A stretch of DNA of 64,000 nt from Octopus vulgaris. Lineage: Eukaryota. Each line of letters starts with the position of its first letter. Position 1 is the first letter of the stretch. The DNA lies in NCBI GenBank assembly GCA_951406725.2, contig OX597827.1, positions 1,364,001 to 1,428,000 of the forward strand. The letters are read 5' to 3'. The position numbers and the translations under genes are program-made. The notes below the pieces were generated by a model. That model did no database searches. It saw only the letters and a program-made list of their open reading frames with translations, and had not been told where the DNA came from. This document shows positions 25,755 to 39,526 of this stretch, in pieces.

Positions 25755-26358
25755 CCTCCTGGTTTCAGGTTCAGTCTCACTGTGTGGTATCTTGAGAAAG
25801 TATTTTCAGTTACAACTGACCAAAACCCTGCGTGTGGATTTGGCAGATGGAGACTGAAAGAAGCTCATTGTATGTTTGCATCTTCTTGTCTTGATATTGT
25901 GTGATTATTGTAAATCAGTGGTTCCCAAAGTGAGCAGTACTCTGGGGTGATAATGGGGTAGGGATTCATGGAAAAAGTGGGGCAATAAAAGGGCAGCAAT
26001 TCATATAAAAACAACAAAATAATGGGTTCGTTAGGTCAAGTTTTATTTGTGAAATACAGTTGCTTTGAATTTGCTTTAGAAAGAGGTCTATGGTTGTGAT
26101 GGTTAGTTGGGGTGGGTGTGCTAAGATTGTGGCCTGGTTGTCAAGGGGGTGGCACCCTGAAAAAGTTTGGGAACCACTGTTGTAAATGAATGTTATTCAT
26201 TTCCAATGTTCTGCGAAAACATGGGCAAATATTATTTTGCTTGGAAACAAGTAAGGATTAGTGACAAGTGGGGCATCCAACAATAGAAAATTTGCCTCGA
26301 TAAATTCCATATGATCCATGCAAGCATGGGGAAAAGGAACGTTAAAATATTGATGATG
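25755..26358 (+). mobile_element. SINE family A variant interrupted by a hAT MITE
   Basis: ggttcagtctcactgtgtgg...ggatttggcagatggagactgaaagaagc; tail like that of 12455-12975. Confidence 0.65.
25916..26179. mobile_element. hAT-type MITE (Charlie/MER5-like TIRs)
   Basis: TIRs cagtggttcccaaa / tttgggaaccactg; perfect 8-bp TSD ttgtaaat (25908-25915, 26180-26187). Confidence 0.9.
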
Positions 26359-26499
26359 ACAGCCACCAGCTTTAAAATAAAACTATAACAAAGAAACACA
26401 TAAATCTATGTACATCTTTATTGGTATTAATAGTAAACCTACAATAACTAAATTATATACTAAATAGTGACCAGTCTTTAAGCCCATACAAATGGTATA

Positions 26500-26552
<53 letters not shown>

Positions 26553-26569
26553 CATATATATACATGCAT

Positions 26570-26745
26570 ATATGGGTACAGGATGTCACCAATGGCACAA
26601 AAAACATGAAATACATAAACAAGGGGAAAATGAGTGAAATACGTAAACAAAAAAAGAAATGGAAAACAGGACAAATAAACACAGAAAAAGGACCCTTTAT
26701 CAGTTTTTGGCTGTTTATCTACTCCTTATTTTGAGCATTCAACAA
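26570..26745. repeat. TA-associated interspersed repeat (atatatgggtacagga family)
   Basis: Related copies start at ~36985 and ~48812. Confidence 0.75.
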
Positions 26746-27509
26746 CTATATATATATCAGGGAGAGAGCGAGAGAGAGAGAGAGAGGAAAAGGAAGGTTT
26801 GCGGGGGACATGGAACAAACAAGAGAATACAGGAGAATATATATTTAATTTTCAACGAACAGCTTGTTGCAAAACTGACTCAAAGGCTGAGAGTTTCATT
26901 TAAAGCATTTCCAAAACTAACTTCTGCCCATGTATACAAGCATCTACAGCTATATTTGTGATTTCACCATATCCCTGGCAGGGAGTCTGAAAGTGTGCTG
27001 TACTTTGCCAAATGTGGGCAAGTGTGCTGTACTTTGCCCATTGGGCAAGTATCTTCTAGTATAGCCTTGAGCCAACCAAAGTCTTGTGAGTGGATTTGGT
27101 AGACTGAAAGTTGCCTTTAGTATATATACATATGCAATTTCAGTTTCTGTCTAATTCAGTTTCTGTCTAATTATATATATTATATATATATATATTATAT
27201 ATATATATGTTATATATATATATATTATACATATACTCACATATCAAGTGTTTGGCTAAATTTTATGATTCATATGCCTTCATGTTCAAGAAGAGCTTCA
27301 TGTATTGGTGAACAGTAAATGCCACCGTGGAGCATAATGATTAAAGTTGTAGTTGAGAAAAAAGTTAGCTGACATGGTGGACAGGAAGCCATCTGAATAT
27401 TGGAAAAGGGTTTTCTGTATCATGATGGTTTGGTCCAAGTATCAAAATGCCAGCATCATGATTGCTGCTCAATGCTCTATGAACGTTATAAAAGCTGTAA
27501 AATGGGGCA

Positions 27510-27900
27510 AACTGTAATGGTTTTTGGTGTGTTTCCAGTGAAGGTGACAACATGCTTCCCATCTTTGAACAAAGTCTTAGGCTCAGTTCAGACGACTATG
27601 TGAACCTGTTGGAGACTGTGGTCAAACCCTGGCTAGAGAGTGTTGCTGTTGGACAGCCATGTATTCGGCAGCAAGATCTGGCTCCTTGCCATACCTCTAA
27701 AAAGAGTGAGAAGTGGTTCTTGGAGAATTTCTACGACTTCACCAGCTCCAGTTTCTGACCTTCAAAAACCTGGTGCAGCAAGGCCGAGCTGGCAGCTAAG
27801 ATCAAGGTGGAGTTCAAAGATCTTCCCAACGACACAGTGAGGAACATATGTGGCAGGTTCCAGAGCCATCTTGAGGCTGTGGGGAAAGCTGAGCGGGGCT
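27510..27900 (+). pseudogene. DD37D/maT-like transposase relic, catalytic region
   Basis: VMVFGV...LRLSSDDYVNLLETVVKPWLESVAVGQPCIRQQDLAPCHTSKKSEKWFLENFYDFTS (QQDxAPxH motif); frameshifted. Confidence 0.8.
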
Positions 27901-28019
27901 ACTTGGTGTAAACTGTTATCTCTCAGCCATAATCTTGTTGACATTTTAAAAAAAATACTATTATTTTTGGTTAGGATACTGTTTCCTCTTCTTTTTATGT
28001 ATATTTTTCCTTTATCTTC

Positions 28020-28325
28020 TTTTATTTGTTTCAGTCATGTGGCAGCAGCCATGCTGGAGCACCACAATCTTCTAAGGCTAGTACTTATTCTATCAGTCTC
28101 TTTTGACAAACTACTAGGTTACAGTGATGTAAACACACCATCACCAGTTGGTGATGGTGGGGGGAGACAAACACAGACACACACACACACACACACACAA
28201 AATATACGATGGGCTTCTTTCAGTTTCCATCTACTGAATCCATTCACAAGGTGCCATGCTGTGGAACTGAACCTGGAACCATATGGTTGGGATTCAAGCT
28301 TTTTACCACACAGCCATGTCTGCAC
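28020..28325 (-). mobile_element. SINE family A (internally deleted)
   Basis: Shares blocks with other A copies. Confidence 0.8.
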
Positions 28326-28353
28326 CATATATATATATACATATACATATGCA

Positions 28354-28419
<66 letters not shown>

Positions 28420-29002
28420 AATTGCACCACAAGAATGAGAAAAGGAGGGGAAAGAAGGTGTAAAAGAGTTATAATAACATTTTAGAAAGAAGCATTATCA
28501 AAATTATCGTCATATTATGTGGTACATTATTATAGAAGAGTAACTCTCAACAACTGGTGTGATAAAAAATAGCGATGTGTTAAAATAACTCATGTTCAAG
28601 ATTATTATTTTTTTAAAAATTTTTACTTTTATTTTTTTTATTTCTTTCATTTTTAGAATTATCACTTTTTCTAATATTAATCTTTTTAAATTTTTCAATT
28701 TCACACCTTTACACCATTCTCTCCCACACTCCACATACACATGATCCACCTTTTCTGTTGTCCTTTATACTTCTCAAGCTTCCTCCTTCTCTGCACATCT
28801 CACGCACTGACACACACACACACACATACATGTTTTATCTTCTATTTACAACGACTACACAGCATCATATACACACAGCATGTACCATGCACAAACACTC
28901 AACATACAAACACACATACATACACATTTATCTAAATAGTCACATACATAATATACATATAACATATTCTTGTTAAAATACATACATTCACATACACACA
29001 CA

Positions 29003-29053
<51 letters not shown>

Positions 29054-29199
29054 GCATACATCAGAGTTCTTGTTCATTACCTCCCTTATCTCTAGCTTCT
29101 TTTTTGCTGAGAAACTCCGTATCAGTCTATTTGTGTCATTAGCCATTTCCTGATTCATCCACCATAAATACTGATAGCGAATCTTCTTTCTGATTCTGC

Positions 29200-29247
<48 letters not shown>

Positions 29248-29384
29248 AGGAGACATCATCCAAAATGTTGAATTCCTCTTGGTAATGAGTAAATGACAAA
29301 TTGGCACAGTGGTTAGGGAGCTGAGAAGAATGCTTTGTGGTATTTATTCCAGCCCTCTGCATTCTAAAGGTGGTGATCTGACAG

Positions 29385-29985
29385 AAGGCAGTGAGCTAGC
29401 AGAAATGTTAACATGCAGGGCAAAATGCTTACCTGTATTTCGTCTGCTGCTATGTTCTGAGTTCAAATTCCACCGAGGTCGACTTTGCCTTTCATCCTTT
29501 CGGAGTTGATTAAATAAGTACCAGTTACACACTGGGGTTAATATAATCAACTTAATCCATTTCTCTGTCCTTGTTTCTCCCCTCTGTGTGTAGCCCCTTG
29601 TGGGTTGTAAAGAAATAGGTATTTCGTCTGTCATTACATTCTCAGTTCAAATTCCACCAAGGTTGACTTTACCTTTCATCCTTTCGGAGTCGATTAAATA
29701 ACTACCAGTTATGCACTGAGGTCGATATAATCGACTTAATCCATTCTCTGTCCTTGTTTCTCCCCTTTGTGTGTAGCCCCTTGTGGGTTGTAAAGAAACA
29801 AGAATCGTTAACAAGTCAGATTTTGTGCTTAGCAGCATTTCTTTTAGCTCTTCACATTCTAAGTTCAAATCCGACCAAAGTCAAATGTGCCTGTCATTCT
29901 TTCAGGGTTGGTAAAATTAAAGTACTGAGGGCTGAATGTAATTGACTTCTCTCCACCCCTCAAAAATTGCTGGCTTTGAACCTTG
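29385..29985 (+). mobile_element. SINE family B with tandem body repeat, plus a degenerate copy
   Basis: Units at ~29437-29617 and ~29618-29800 joined by aagaaataggtatttcgtctg. Confidence 0.85.
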
Positions 29986-30074
29986 CCACAGACTGGGATC
30001 CCATTCAAAGGAATGTTGTGATCTTGGTCTCTTATACAACAAAGAAACTAGGTAAGTGACATTATGGGCTCTGC

Positions 30075-30210
30075 AGCTCAAGAATATAGACCCTGGAAGA
30101 TGTGGGATGAAATGGTGAGAAAGGATCTTTGGATGCTGGGCCTCATTGAGGAAGTGACAAGGGACTGGGAGATGTGCCAATTTGCTGTACTTGTCAAACT
30201 AAGTAAACTC
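30075..30210 (+). mobile_element. RTE LINE 3' fragment
   Basis: YRPWKMWDEMVRKDLWMLGLIEEVTRDWEMCQFAV resembles GRPxKTWxExVxxDL...DRxxW. Confidence 0.65.
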
Positions 30211-30590
30211 AGTCTTCCACACATACAGGCTTGTCCTTTCACTTGCCAGTGAAACATGAAAAACACCCATGCCAGTGCTGTGCAAATGCACCTGTGCTGG
30301 TGCTTTGTGAATGCACCCATACGAGTGGCATGTAAAAAGCACTCAGCACACTCTGTTGAGAAAAATTGAACAACCTAAGAAGAATTAATACTTCTTTCAT
30401 CAGAGCCATTTCTGGTTATGATCAGTAGACCAATTGAGTAAACCACTGGAGAATTGTTTGAAGAAATGCTGGTATTGTTTTTGCTGTCTACAAAAAACTG
30501 CACTTATGCAGTGGATTTGAAAAATTATAATGTCTAAACAAGAGGCACATGTTGGATTTGTCTTGTACTTACATGTTTAATCTAGGTGTA

Positions 30591-30658
30591 CCTGTTGATG
30601 AAGACTTCCCCTAGCAAATTATTTTATTTGCTAAAAATGTCAGAAACCATGGTCCTGG
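30591..30658 (+). ncRNA. Degenerate hammerhead-ribozyme-like motif
   Basis: TTGATGA-A-GAC...(tagcaaat/atttgcta hairpin)...GTC-A-GAAA-CCATGG-TC; palindromic stem III ACCATGGT; GUC site. Confidence 0.5.
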
Positions 30659-30895
30659 AAATAGATGGTAAATGTTTTTATTTTTCATTCCCTTCAAGTT
30701 TTTATCCCTAATAGTGGTTTGAACTTTAGCTGTTCCTTCTAGTGTGAAAGGAAGCCTATGAAGGATACCTCTTATATGTTTAAATGTACACTGTATTTAT
30801 ATGAATAATATATAGTCGATTGACTAAAATTTTTCTACATACTAGGCTACAGGTAGTAAAAATTTCTAAAATCTTTGTTACCCTGATATTGTTAA

Positions 30896-30983
<88 letters not shown>

Positions 30984-31609
30984 ATATATATATTTATGAT
31001 ATTTATTTAATGATGTGATAAGAATTATGAATATCAACAATCTGGCTCACAGAAAATGTCCTAGTTTTGCCAACTGAGAAAAATATTCTTCAGTTAGTCC
31101 TTTCCAATGAAACCAAAACACATGCATTTCATATTTGTGCATGAGTGTGGTACATGTGTGTGTGGTACATGTGTGTGTGTATGTGCATGTGTGTGTGCAT
31201 GTGTGTGCTAAAACAATGATTTGAATGAGTATAAATGTGAAGTGTAATTAACAACATATTTCTGAGCCAAATAAATATAAGCACACCCTACATTATGTAT
31301 TAAGTACTTTTCCTTGTGTTCATTTGAAACCACATGCATATGCCCACATCACCTTACACATTGCTTCATGTGTGATTTTCCATGCTAGCAGGAGTTGGAC
31401 AGCTTTCTTAAGGCAGTGCTTATTCAACTTCTTTCGGTTGAATAAGCAGCCAGACAAAATTTTGCAATCCCTGTCAAAATAATTCTATAAATTCAACTCT
31501 GCATTTAGTATTCAATTTGCTCATTAGTAATACTTTTAGTTGTTATTCTTGGAATATTGAAAAAGATTTTGAAAAGCCCATAATTAGCACATACACACAT
31601 GCATATATA

Positions 31610-31657
<48 letters not shown>

Positions 31658-31819
31658 TAGATAGATAGATACATACATACATACATATACATACATACAT
31701 ATACATACACACACACACATAAGTATATGTACAAATATATATATATGTATATGAGCGTATGTGTTCTATACACATATATGTGGATCTATATGCATATATA
31801 TAATAATGTGTATGTGTGC

Positions 31820-31850
<31 letters not shown>

Positions 31851-32324
31851 CACGCATGCATATATATACATACATATATAAATATATATACACACACATA
31901 TATATATGTATGTATATGTATACATTTGTACTGAAGGAGTAAGGAATGGAAGAATGAAGTGTTTAAGGAGTTTGCTGAAATTTAGGAAGAAGCGTTATTA
32001 AAATTAATGTCACATAATAAGATGGTGTTATAAAACAAAACAACAAAAAGAAACTCACTACTAAACACATACAGACTCACACACACACACAAACACACAC
32101 ACACGCAAAAAAAAGACTGGTGTTATAAAAACAAATTTGATGTGTTAAAATAGCTAGTGTTATAAAATACTAGTGTTATATAGAAAAATGAATTATACAG
32201 ATATAGTAATAGTAAAAACTATAAAAGAAGTAATAATCTAGCATTCTAAAATACAATTAAATAATAGTGTTTTTAAAATACATAAAACCAGAATGAACAA
32301 CAAAAACAACAACAACAACAATAA

Positions 32325-32357
32325 CAATAATGATGATAATGAAGGATAATGATGATG

Positions 32358-32418
<61 letters not shown>

Positions 32419-32471
32419 TGATGATGATAATAATAATGATAATAATAACAACAACAATAATAATAATAATG

Positions 32472-32533
<62 letters not shown>

Positions 32534-32570
32534 TATAATAATGATGATGATGATGGTGATGGTGATGATC
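32325..32570. repeat. (AAT)n/(GAT)n compound microsatellite
   Basis: Seen directly. Confidence 0.95.
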
Positions 32571-33901
32571 TTCTGCTACAACACCCAATTGCATATTATT
32601 TTTTAAGTCTTTTTTTTTGTATTTTAATAATTTACAAGGAAGATATTATCATCATCACCACCATCATTGTTCATTGTTATCATCATTATTATTCTCTTCA
32701 TCCATTCATTCTTCTTCTTCTTCTTCTCCTCCTCCCCCCTCCCCTTCTTCTTCTTCTATTTTTACTGTTATTATTATTCATCTTATTTTTATTATTACTA
32801 TTAGTTTTATTACTTCTTTGATTATTTTTATTTCAATATTTATTTAAAAAAATTTTCATTATATTTTTCTCACTTTGCTTTATACATTTTTTTCTTTTAT
32901 TACAGGATTTTCTATTTTTCATTTTAGAATTTTCTATTTTTTATTCACTTCATTATCATTATCTTTTTTTTTTTAGAATTATCTGCTTTTTTTGTTATTT
33001 TTTCAATCTATTTTTTTTGTATTCTTTTAATTTTTAAACACCAACAAAGAAATAATAAAGAGTTTCGCATTACATTTTTTTATAGTTTCTTCATATTTTG
33101 ATAATCTTTTTCACATGTTTTGTAAATATTACAAAAAGTCTTTTATACAAATTTATATTTTTCAATTTTTTCTAATGCATCCTTTTTGTTATTTCTTCAA
33201 ATTTTGTTATTGTTGCAAATGCTTTTTTATTGTGTATATTTTTTGTTTATTTTATATTATGCTGGGTTTATCCAATGAACGCAGGATTGCTTTAAGATTA
33301 ATTATTTTGTGTTTAGTTGATTTTTTATTGTTGTTATTGTTGCTGTTTTTTCTTGTTTTCTTTAATTTTTTAGTATTTTTTCATTCTTTTCTCACTTTGT
33401 TTTCTTTATTTTTTCTCCAAATGGAACTAGGGTGAGATTTTAATATTGTCGCAAATTAACTTGTATGCACAAATATGGACAAACACATTTGCACACACAC
33501 TAACATGTACACGCGCACACACATACACACACCCACACAAAGAAACATACACATATATAATGTAATCAAATGCATAAACATATAGATGCTCCTTACATTC
33601 ATGTATATGTGTGTGTGTATATAAACACATATATATATATATGTTTATATACATACACATACATACACAAATACACGTATATATGCACAAGTAAACATAA
33701 ATATATGAACCTACAGATATATGCATACTATATCCAGATACATGCACGTTGGTAGCAACATGTGTATGTATGTGTATGTATATATATGTATGTGTGTGTG
33801 TGTACTGTTGTGTATGTATATATTTATATATATATATATGTACATACATATAGCAATTATTGCAGCTCTTTAATTTTGTCATCCAGTTCCAAATCAGCAA
33901 G

Positions 33902-33904
<3 letters not shown>

Positions 33905-33966
<62 letters not shown>

Positions 33967-34065
33967 AAGATGTGGGAGAAACACATACAGAGTAGATAGA
34001 TAGATAGACAGACAGACAGATAGATAGACAGACAGAGAGACAGACACACACAGAGACAGACAGGT

Positions 34066-34107
<42 letters not shown>

Positions 34108-34188
34108 AGCTAGATAGATAGATAGACAGACAGACAAACAGATAGATAGATAGACAAACAGATAAATAGATAGATGGATAGATGGATG

Positions 34189-34245
<57 letters not shown>
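33905..34245. repeat. (GA)n, (GACA)n, (TA)n and (GATA)n microsatellite cluster
   Basis: Seen directly. Confidence 0.95.
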
Positions 34246-34881
34246 GTGGAGGGATGGATAGTGGATGAAGAATAAGTAGATTGGAAAGGTTAAAGAGGAG
34301 AGAGATAGAAAGACTCTAATAAAGTTGTGAATTAAGTTATGTACATCGTTGTGGACTACATGTATATATAACTATAATGGTGAACATGTGCATACACAGC
34401 TCAGATATATATTGTTGCACACATACCCATACATTCTTAAATATAAACACACACATGTGCACACACACATATATATGAATACACATATATTCTAACTTAT
34501 GCATGCACATCTATCTCATCAAACATATATACACATACACACACACATACATACACCCCCTATATACACACCTGGATAACTATCCACATGTACATGCTTC
34601 ATATATGTGTATACATATATACACATAGACATACATACACACACACACATATACATACATACATATATATATACAACTTCATACTTATCACCATATGGAT
34701 CCATAAATATATGCACATAATTTGAATATATATATATCCATATATGCATACACATAACTGCATATAAAATGAATATGCTTATACCTAAACATATATGCAT
34801 ACATACTTGCAATCTAACATACACACACATATATATATGCATATATGCATATATACATATATATATATACGTATGTGTATA

Positions 34882-34928
<47 letters not shown>

Positions 34929-34935
34929 GTATGTA

Positions 34936-34986
<51 letters not shown>

Positions 34987-36219
34987 TATATTTTCTTTTA
35001 TATGTATGTGTATGTATATATGTATGTATATATATAACAAGATATATATATATATATGCATATATATGTACAAATATATATATATATATATATACACATA
35101 TCCACACACACACAAACATATACATGCCCACACATACAACCATATATATTACACACTTTCACAAACACACACAAATGCCCATACCCATATATACACACAG
35201 AAACACACACATGTGTGCATGCACGCACAAACGCAAGAAGATATAAATAAAATTATAAAAGATAATAAAAGCAAAATAATGATAAGAGGTCTCGGAAAAT
35301 ATCTGGAAACCTTAATATTACCACAAGGCACCATGTCAGCAAAAACACCACAATGCCACAGTCTTCACCATCATCAGCATCACCATAGCCATCATCATTA
35401 ACATCGTTGTCTTCATCATTATTATCATCCTCATCATCATCATAATTATCATCGTTGTTGTCATCATCCTCATCATCATCATTGTCGTCGTCGTCATCAT
35501 TGTCATTGCCATCATCATCATCATCAACTTCATCATGAACCGCATTGTTGTCATCATCATCATCATCATCACCATTATCATCACCATCAGCATCATCTTT
35601 AAACTCTACTGCACACCTACGCCAGAGCATAACTAGGCTTTCCTATCTTCCTCTCACCAGTAACACTGCCACAGATACCACCACCGTCAGTACCACTATC
35701 ATCCCTACCATCACCACCACCACCACCACCACCACCACCACCATCACCACCACCACTACCACTGCTACCACTGCTATTGCCACCACCACCACCACCACCA
35801 CCACTTCTAGCAACAACACTAACACCATCAATACCATATCAGCACCGAGAAAAACATCAACAACACCACTAACACCACTACCAATATCACCACCACTACT
35901 ACTAACACCCCATTCCTACTGTCAACTACCTCATCGCATCCACCACCTTGCCAAACTCCTTATTCTTCACTTCACTATTCTTAGCTTGATGGCACTGAAG
36001 TATCAGTTAAATACAGCGAGTAGAGATGCAGTGGTGTGTGCTATAATTAACAATCCCCTTATAGTTGGTACTCCAGCATGGCCACAGTCCAATTACCGAA
36101 ACTAGTAGGAGTATGAATGAATTTGAAATAAAACAAAAACACTAACCACCACCACCACCACTACTAACACCCCCACCACTACTGTCAACAATCTTATCAT
36201 CATTATCATCATCATCATC

Positions 36220-36545
36220 ATTGTTTAATGTCTGCCTTCCATGCTGGCATGGGTTGGATGTGTTGATAGGAGCTGGCTAAGCAGAAGACTATACTATGCT
36301 TTGCTGTCCGTTTTGGCATGTTTTCTTTACAACTGGATGCCCTTCCTAACACCAGCCACCCTGAAGAGTGCACTGAGTGCTTTTTACTTGGCATCTGCAC
36401 AGATGAGGTCAGTTTTGCCATGGTTCTTACAGTTGGATGCCCTTCCACATGTCAACTGCTTTACAGGGTGGATTGGATGCTTTTTAAGTGACACCAGCAC
36501 TGGCAAGGTGACCAAATAACTTGCAAGGCAAGGAATCTTTGAGAG
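36220..36545 (-). mobile_element. SINE-like repeat (ccatgccagcatggaa tail family)
   Basis: Minus strand reads ggtgttaggaagggcatccag...caacccatgccagcatggaa(gat)n; tail fragment also at ~21215-21272. Confidence 0.65.
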
Positions 36546-36721
36546 AGAAGTTAGCAATAATTCCAGATTCTGTCATTCGTTATGAAAGTAGTCTACCCTT
36601 TTGATACCAGCCTGTCTGAGACTGCCCCTGTTCTATGAAACAATCTTCTAGTTTTAACCTTTTAGTCACCATATTTCTGTCAAAATAGGCTGCCTTTGTT
36701 TTAATTAATTTTAATTAAGTA

Positions 36722-36875
36722 CAGGCACAGGAGTGGCTGTGTGGTAAGTAGCTTGCTTACAAACCACATGGTTCCGGGTTCAGTCCCACTGCATGGCACC
36801 TTGGGCAAGTGTCTTCTACTATAGCCTCAGGCTATATGAGTGGATTTTGTAGACGGAAACTGAAAGAAGCTCATT
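36722..36875 (+). mobile_element. SINE family A 5' half
   Basis: ggcacaggagtggctgtgtggtaag...ggttcagtccc...ccttgggcaagtg. Confidence 0.85.
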
Positions 36876-36984
36876 GTTTATATATATATTTATGTATGTA
36901 TAATAACAAAATAATAAATAAAACATATGCATATATACATACATATATGTACATACCTACATCTATATGTATATATACATGCAT

Positions 36985-37545
36985 ATATGGGTACAGGAAA
37001 CCAAAAAGACGTCGAACACAATGAGAGATGAAAACATAAAAACAAAACCATGGAAACGGACAATTTTTTTTAAACAACGCAAAAACAGAGTAAAAGACAT
37101 ACAACACAAGGAAAATTCCCCTTCTTCAGCTGCCACTGCTTCATTTCCTTCATGTTTCGAAGGTAAAGACGAGACATGACTTCGTTGAAACAGTCCTTCC
37201 CACAAAGTGAATTAAATAAAATTTGTGATTTCTTTGAGGAGGGGTAAAAGTGGTAACAAAACAGGACAGTAAAAACAATACAAATAAAAACAGTAAAAAA
37301 CAGGAGAAGGAGAATAACAGTAACACAAACAGTAAGGGCTGTTAAGCCTGAATGAAAGGAAAAATCATTTTGAATGCCTTGAGAATGGCTTGAGAGAGGG
37401 ACAGAAAGGCCGGCTACACTTTCTCTTACTCTTCCTCCTCCCTCTCATCGCTGACACGTGACCAGAGGGCCACTGTCTTTCTGACTACCACCTCCAACAA
37501 GTGTTGACGGCCTTTCTGTCCCTCTCTCAAGCCGTTCTCAAAGCG
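36985..37545. repeat. TA-associated interspersed repeat (atatatgggtacagga family, long form)
   Basis: Colinear with ~48812-49270 (aaaacaggacagt, gaatgaaaggaaaa blocks). Confidence 0.65.
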
Positions 37546-37626
37546 TTATGTGTGTGTTTGCTTTTATGTTTAGTTATAATAAGACCAATTTCACATTAAT
37601 CTGAGGTGTTACTCTATATTTTGTAG

Positions 37627-37759
37627 AGTTTATTCTTAAATAAGAATATTGTCGACAGGGACTTCAAAGTTTCAGTCAGATAAGCCATCATCCTATGATA
37701 GCTTAACTGGCTGAAACTTCGAAATCACTGTCAAAAATATTCTTGTTTAAGAATAAACT
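37627..37759. repeat. Fold-back element with hammerhead-like relic
   Basis: Inverted arms of ~60 bp; homologous to 24961-25083. Confidence 0.85.
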
Positions 37760-37774
37760 GTATTTGTATATCGG

Positions 37775-37975
37775 TTTCAAATTTCGGCACAAAGCCAGCA
37801 ATTTCAGGGGAGGGGCTAACTAATTTAAATCAACCTCAGTACTCAACTGGTACTCATTTTTATCAACAGTGAAAGGATGAAAAGCAAAGTCGACTTTGGC
37901 AGAATTTGAACTCAGACTGTTAGGACAGACGAAATCCTGCTAAGCATTTTGCCAAGCACGATTTTGCCAGCTCGT
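37775..37975 (-). mobile_element. SINE family B
   Basis: gaaaggatgaaaagcaaagtcgactttggcagaatttgaactcag on the plus strand. Confidence 0.8.
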
Positions 37976-38227
37976 CTTTTATATATATGTATATACATGG
38001 GGAGAGTTTACGAAAAAAACAAAAGACAAAGACAGGTGGGGTACAAAACAAACAGATGTATTAGTATAATGCTCAGGAATATATATATATATATATGGAA
38101 AGCGGACGTTAAACGATGATGATGATGATGATGATGTATATATATATATATATATGTAGGTATATATATATATATGTATGTATGTATGTATATATATATA
38201 TATATATATATTTATTTATTTATTTAT

Positions 38228-38258
<31 letters not shown>

Positions 38259-38293
38259 GTATGTATATATATATATATATATATATTTATTTA

Positions 38294-38354
<61 letters not shown>

Positions 38355-38366
38355 TTATTTATTTAT

Positions 38367-38430
<64 letters not shown>

Positions 38431-38478
38431 TTATTTATTTATATATATATTTATATAAGTGTGTGTATATATATATAT

Positions 38479-38677
38479 GTATGTATACATGCATGTATGT
38501 ATTTAAACATGTGTGTGTGCATTTAAAGATGTGTGTGTGTATGCACAGGCCTGTATGTGTGTGTATATATATATACACACATACATACAGGCCTGCGCAT
38601 ACACACACACTTTAAACACACACACATCTTTAAATGCACACACACATGTTTAAATACATACATGCATGTATACATAC
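38479..38677. repeat. Near-perfect palindrome centred on (TA)n
   Basis: Outer ~60-bp arms match exactly; inner arms are imperfect; one side carries a small extra block. Confidence 0.85.
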
Positions 38678-39346
38678 ACATGAGTTTCAAATAAATTATG
38701 GAAACAATAACAAAAAGACAAAGTGAAAAGCAAAATGGGATTTACTAATGTGATACCCACCGAGAGATGAAAGAAGTAGGAGTGCTCTTGACATTTCAAA
38801 CCTGAGCTCTTTTTCAGAAAGTCTGACTGATAGAAGGGAAAAATGTACAGGTGAAAGAAAAAATAGTGATGGGGGTAAATGAATGATTGGATGGACAGAC
38901 AAATGCATGAATATTGTAAAATAATTTTAAGCGGAAGAAAACTCTGTGTTAAAATACAGAGTTTAAGAATATCATTAAACATTTTGATTAACGATTGATC
39001 GCACTATGATTATCAGTTCCACAGGTGGAAAGTGAGACTAGTAGTAATATGATCAATAATTAATCCAACTTTATGTTGTTTTCTCTTCCAGCAACCCCTG
39101 TTGTTTCTCCCCTCACTGATGAAGGTTCGTCTTCCGAAATCGTTTTTATGTGTTTGGATTTTCCATCAATGTCAAAACATTTTGCATCATTTTTTTTTTC
39201 AGTAACATTTTTTTTAGTCACAATTTAGGGAAATAACACACTGCTCTTGAGAAGTCATTTATAGTGAAGGAAATAGAAATTTGAAAAAAAGAACGGAAAA
39301 TGCATTTCAAATAATATTTCTCATAACATTTAGAGATAATCAGGAC

Positions 39347-39376
39347 CTGAAGATCGATACCATGAAACCAATGGTA
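39347..39376 (+). ncRNA. Degenerate hammerhead-like motif
   Basis: CTGAAGA-tcgataccat-GAAA-CCAATGG-TA; stems I and II are poorly paired. Confidence 0.35.
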
Positions 39377-39492
39377 GCTCACATGGTAGTTGGCTCATAT
39401 TGCTTTAAAAATGCAAATCTATTATATCTCTGCATACACATACACACACACAAACACACACACACACACACACACATACACAGATATATGTA

Positions 39493-39526
<34 letters not shown>

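Noticed and set aside
21372-27900. One transposase gene joining the two DD37D-like fragments
   Set aside because: They are on opposite strands, about 6 kb apart, disrupted, and no shared TIRs were seen.
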